Part shown: positions 63,761 through 64,000 of the stretch, one piece after another | Layout of the letters: each line of letters opens with the position of its first letter | How positions within the stretch are numbered: the stretch's first letter is position 1 | Source: Octopus bimaculoides | Taxonomy: Eukaryota | Direction: 5' to 3' | Length of the DNA: 64,000 bases | Assembly (NCBI RefSeq): GCF_001194135.2 | Contig: NC_068982.1 | Location: forward strand, 51,756,964-51,820,963 | Translations under genes and position numbers: made by a program | Notes under the pieces: generated by a model | Told to the model about the DNA's origin: nothing | Database searches by the model: none | The model's input: only the letters and a program-made list of their open reading frames with translations

Positions 63761-64000
63761 ATAACTCTCCAATCCATGCCAGCATGGAACATAGATATTA
63801 AGTGGAATGCTAGAAGAAAGTTTTCAACTCATATGTATATAAAGTAAGTACACGTAATTCAGAAACACGTTTTGTGTATTTTATTTCGTAACGAAACAAA
63901 CAGGTACAGATTATAAACAATGAAAGACCAATTTTGGTGATTCATTTGACAGAGGTAGCAGAGAGACAATGCGATGATAAATCTGAGGTTGGATCTTGAA

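Overview
AT-rich, repeat-dense animal genomic DNA from a gapped draft assembly. The SINE/RTE repertoire looks like that of Octopus (inference from repeat style, not a database hit). The one well-supported protein gene is EFL1 (elongation factor-like GTPase 1 / EFTUD1 / Ria1, the 60S-maturation GTPase) on the minus strand. I reconstructed it by hand as 21 coding exons from ATG 50187 to TAA 24203 (3273 nt, 1090 aa), and all splice phases are consistent provided one intron uses a GC donor. The rest is introns and intergenic DNA filled with three tRNA-like SINE families, RTE-LINE 3' fragments, microsatellites, and relics or MITEs of mariner, piggyBac-like, Merlin, Helitron, Gypsy and Penelope-like elements. 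Upstream of EFL1 (about 51.8-64 kb) is a CpG-richer transposon nest with an unusual density of long palindromes. No CRISPR array, rRNA or bona fide tRNA gene is supportable. I found no unequivocal new biological system. The best leads are the GC/GT competing donor plus a 30-nt microexon in EFL1, Merlin-type hairpin MITEs with telomere-like spacers, a near loop-less 290-bp palindrome, an intronic mariner foldback, and an incomplete hammerhead-like core in sense orientation within an EFL1 intron.
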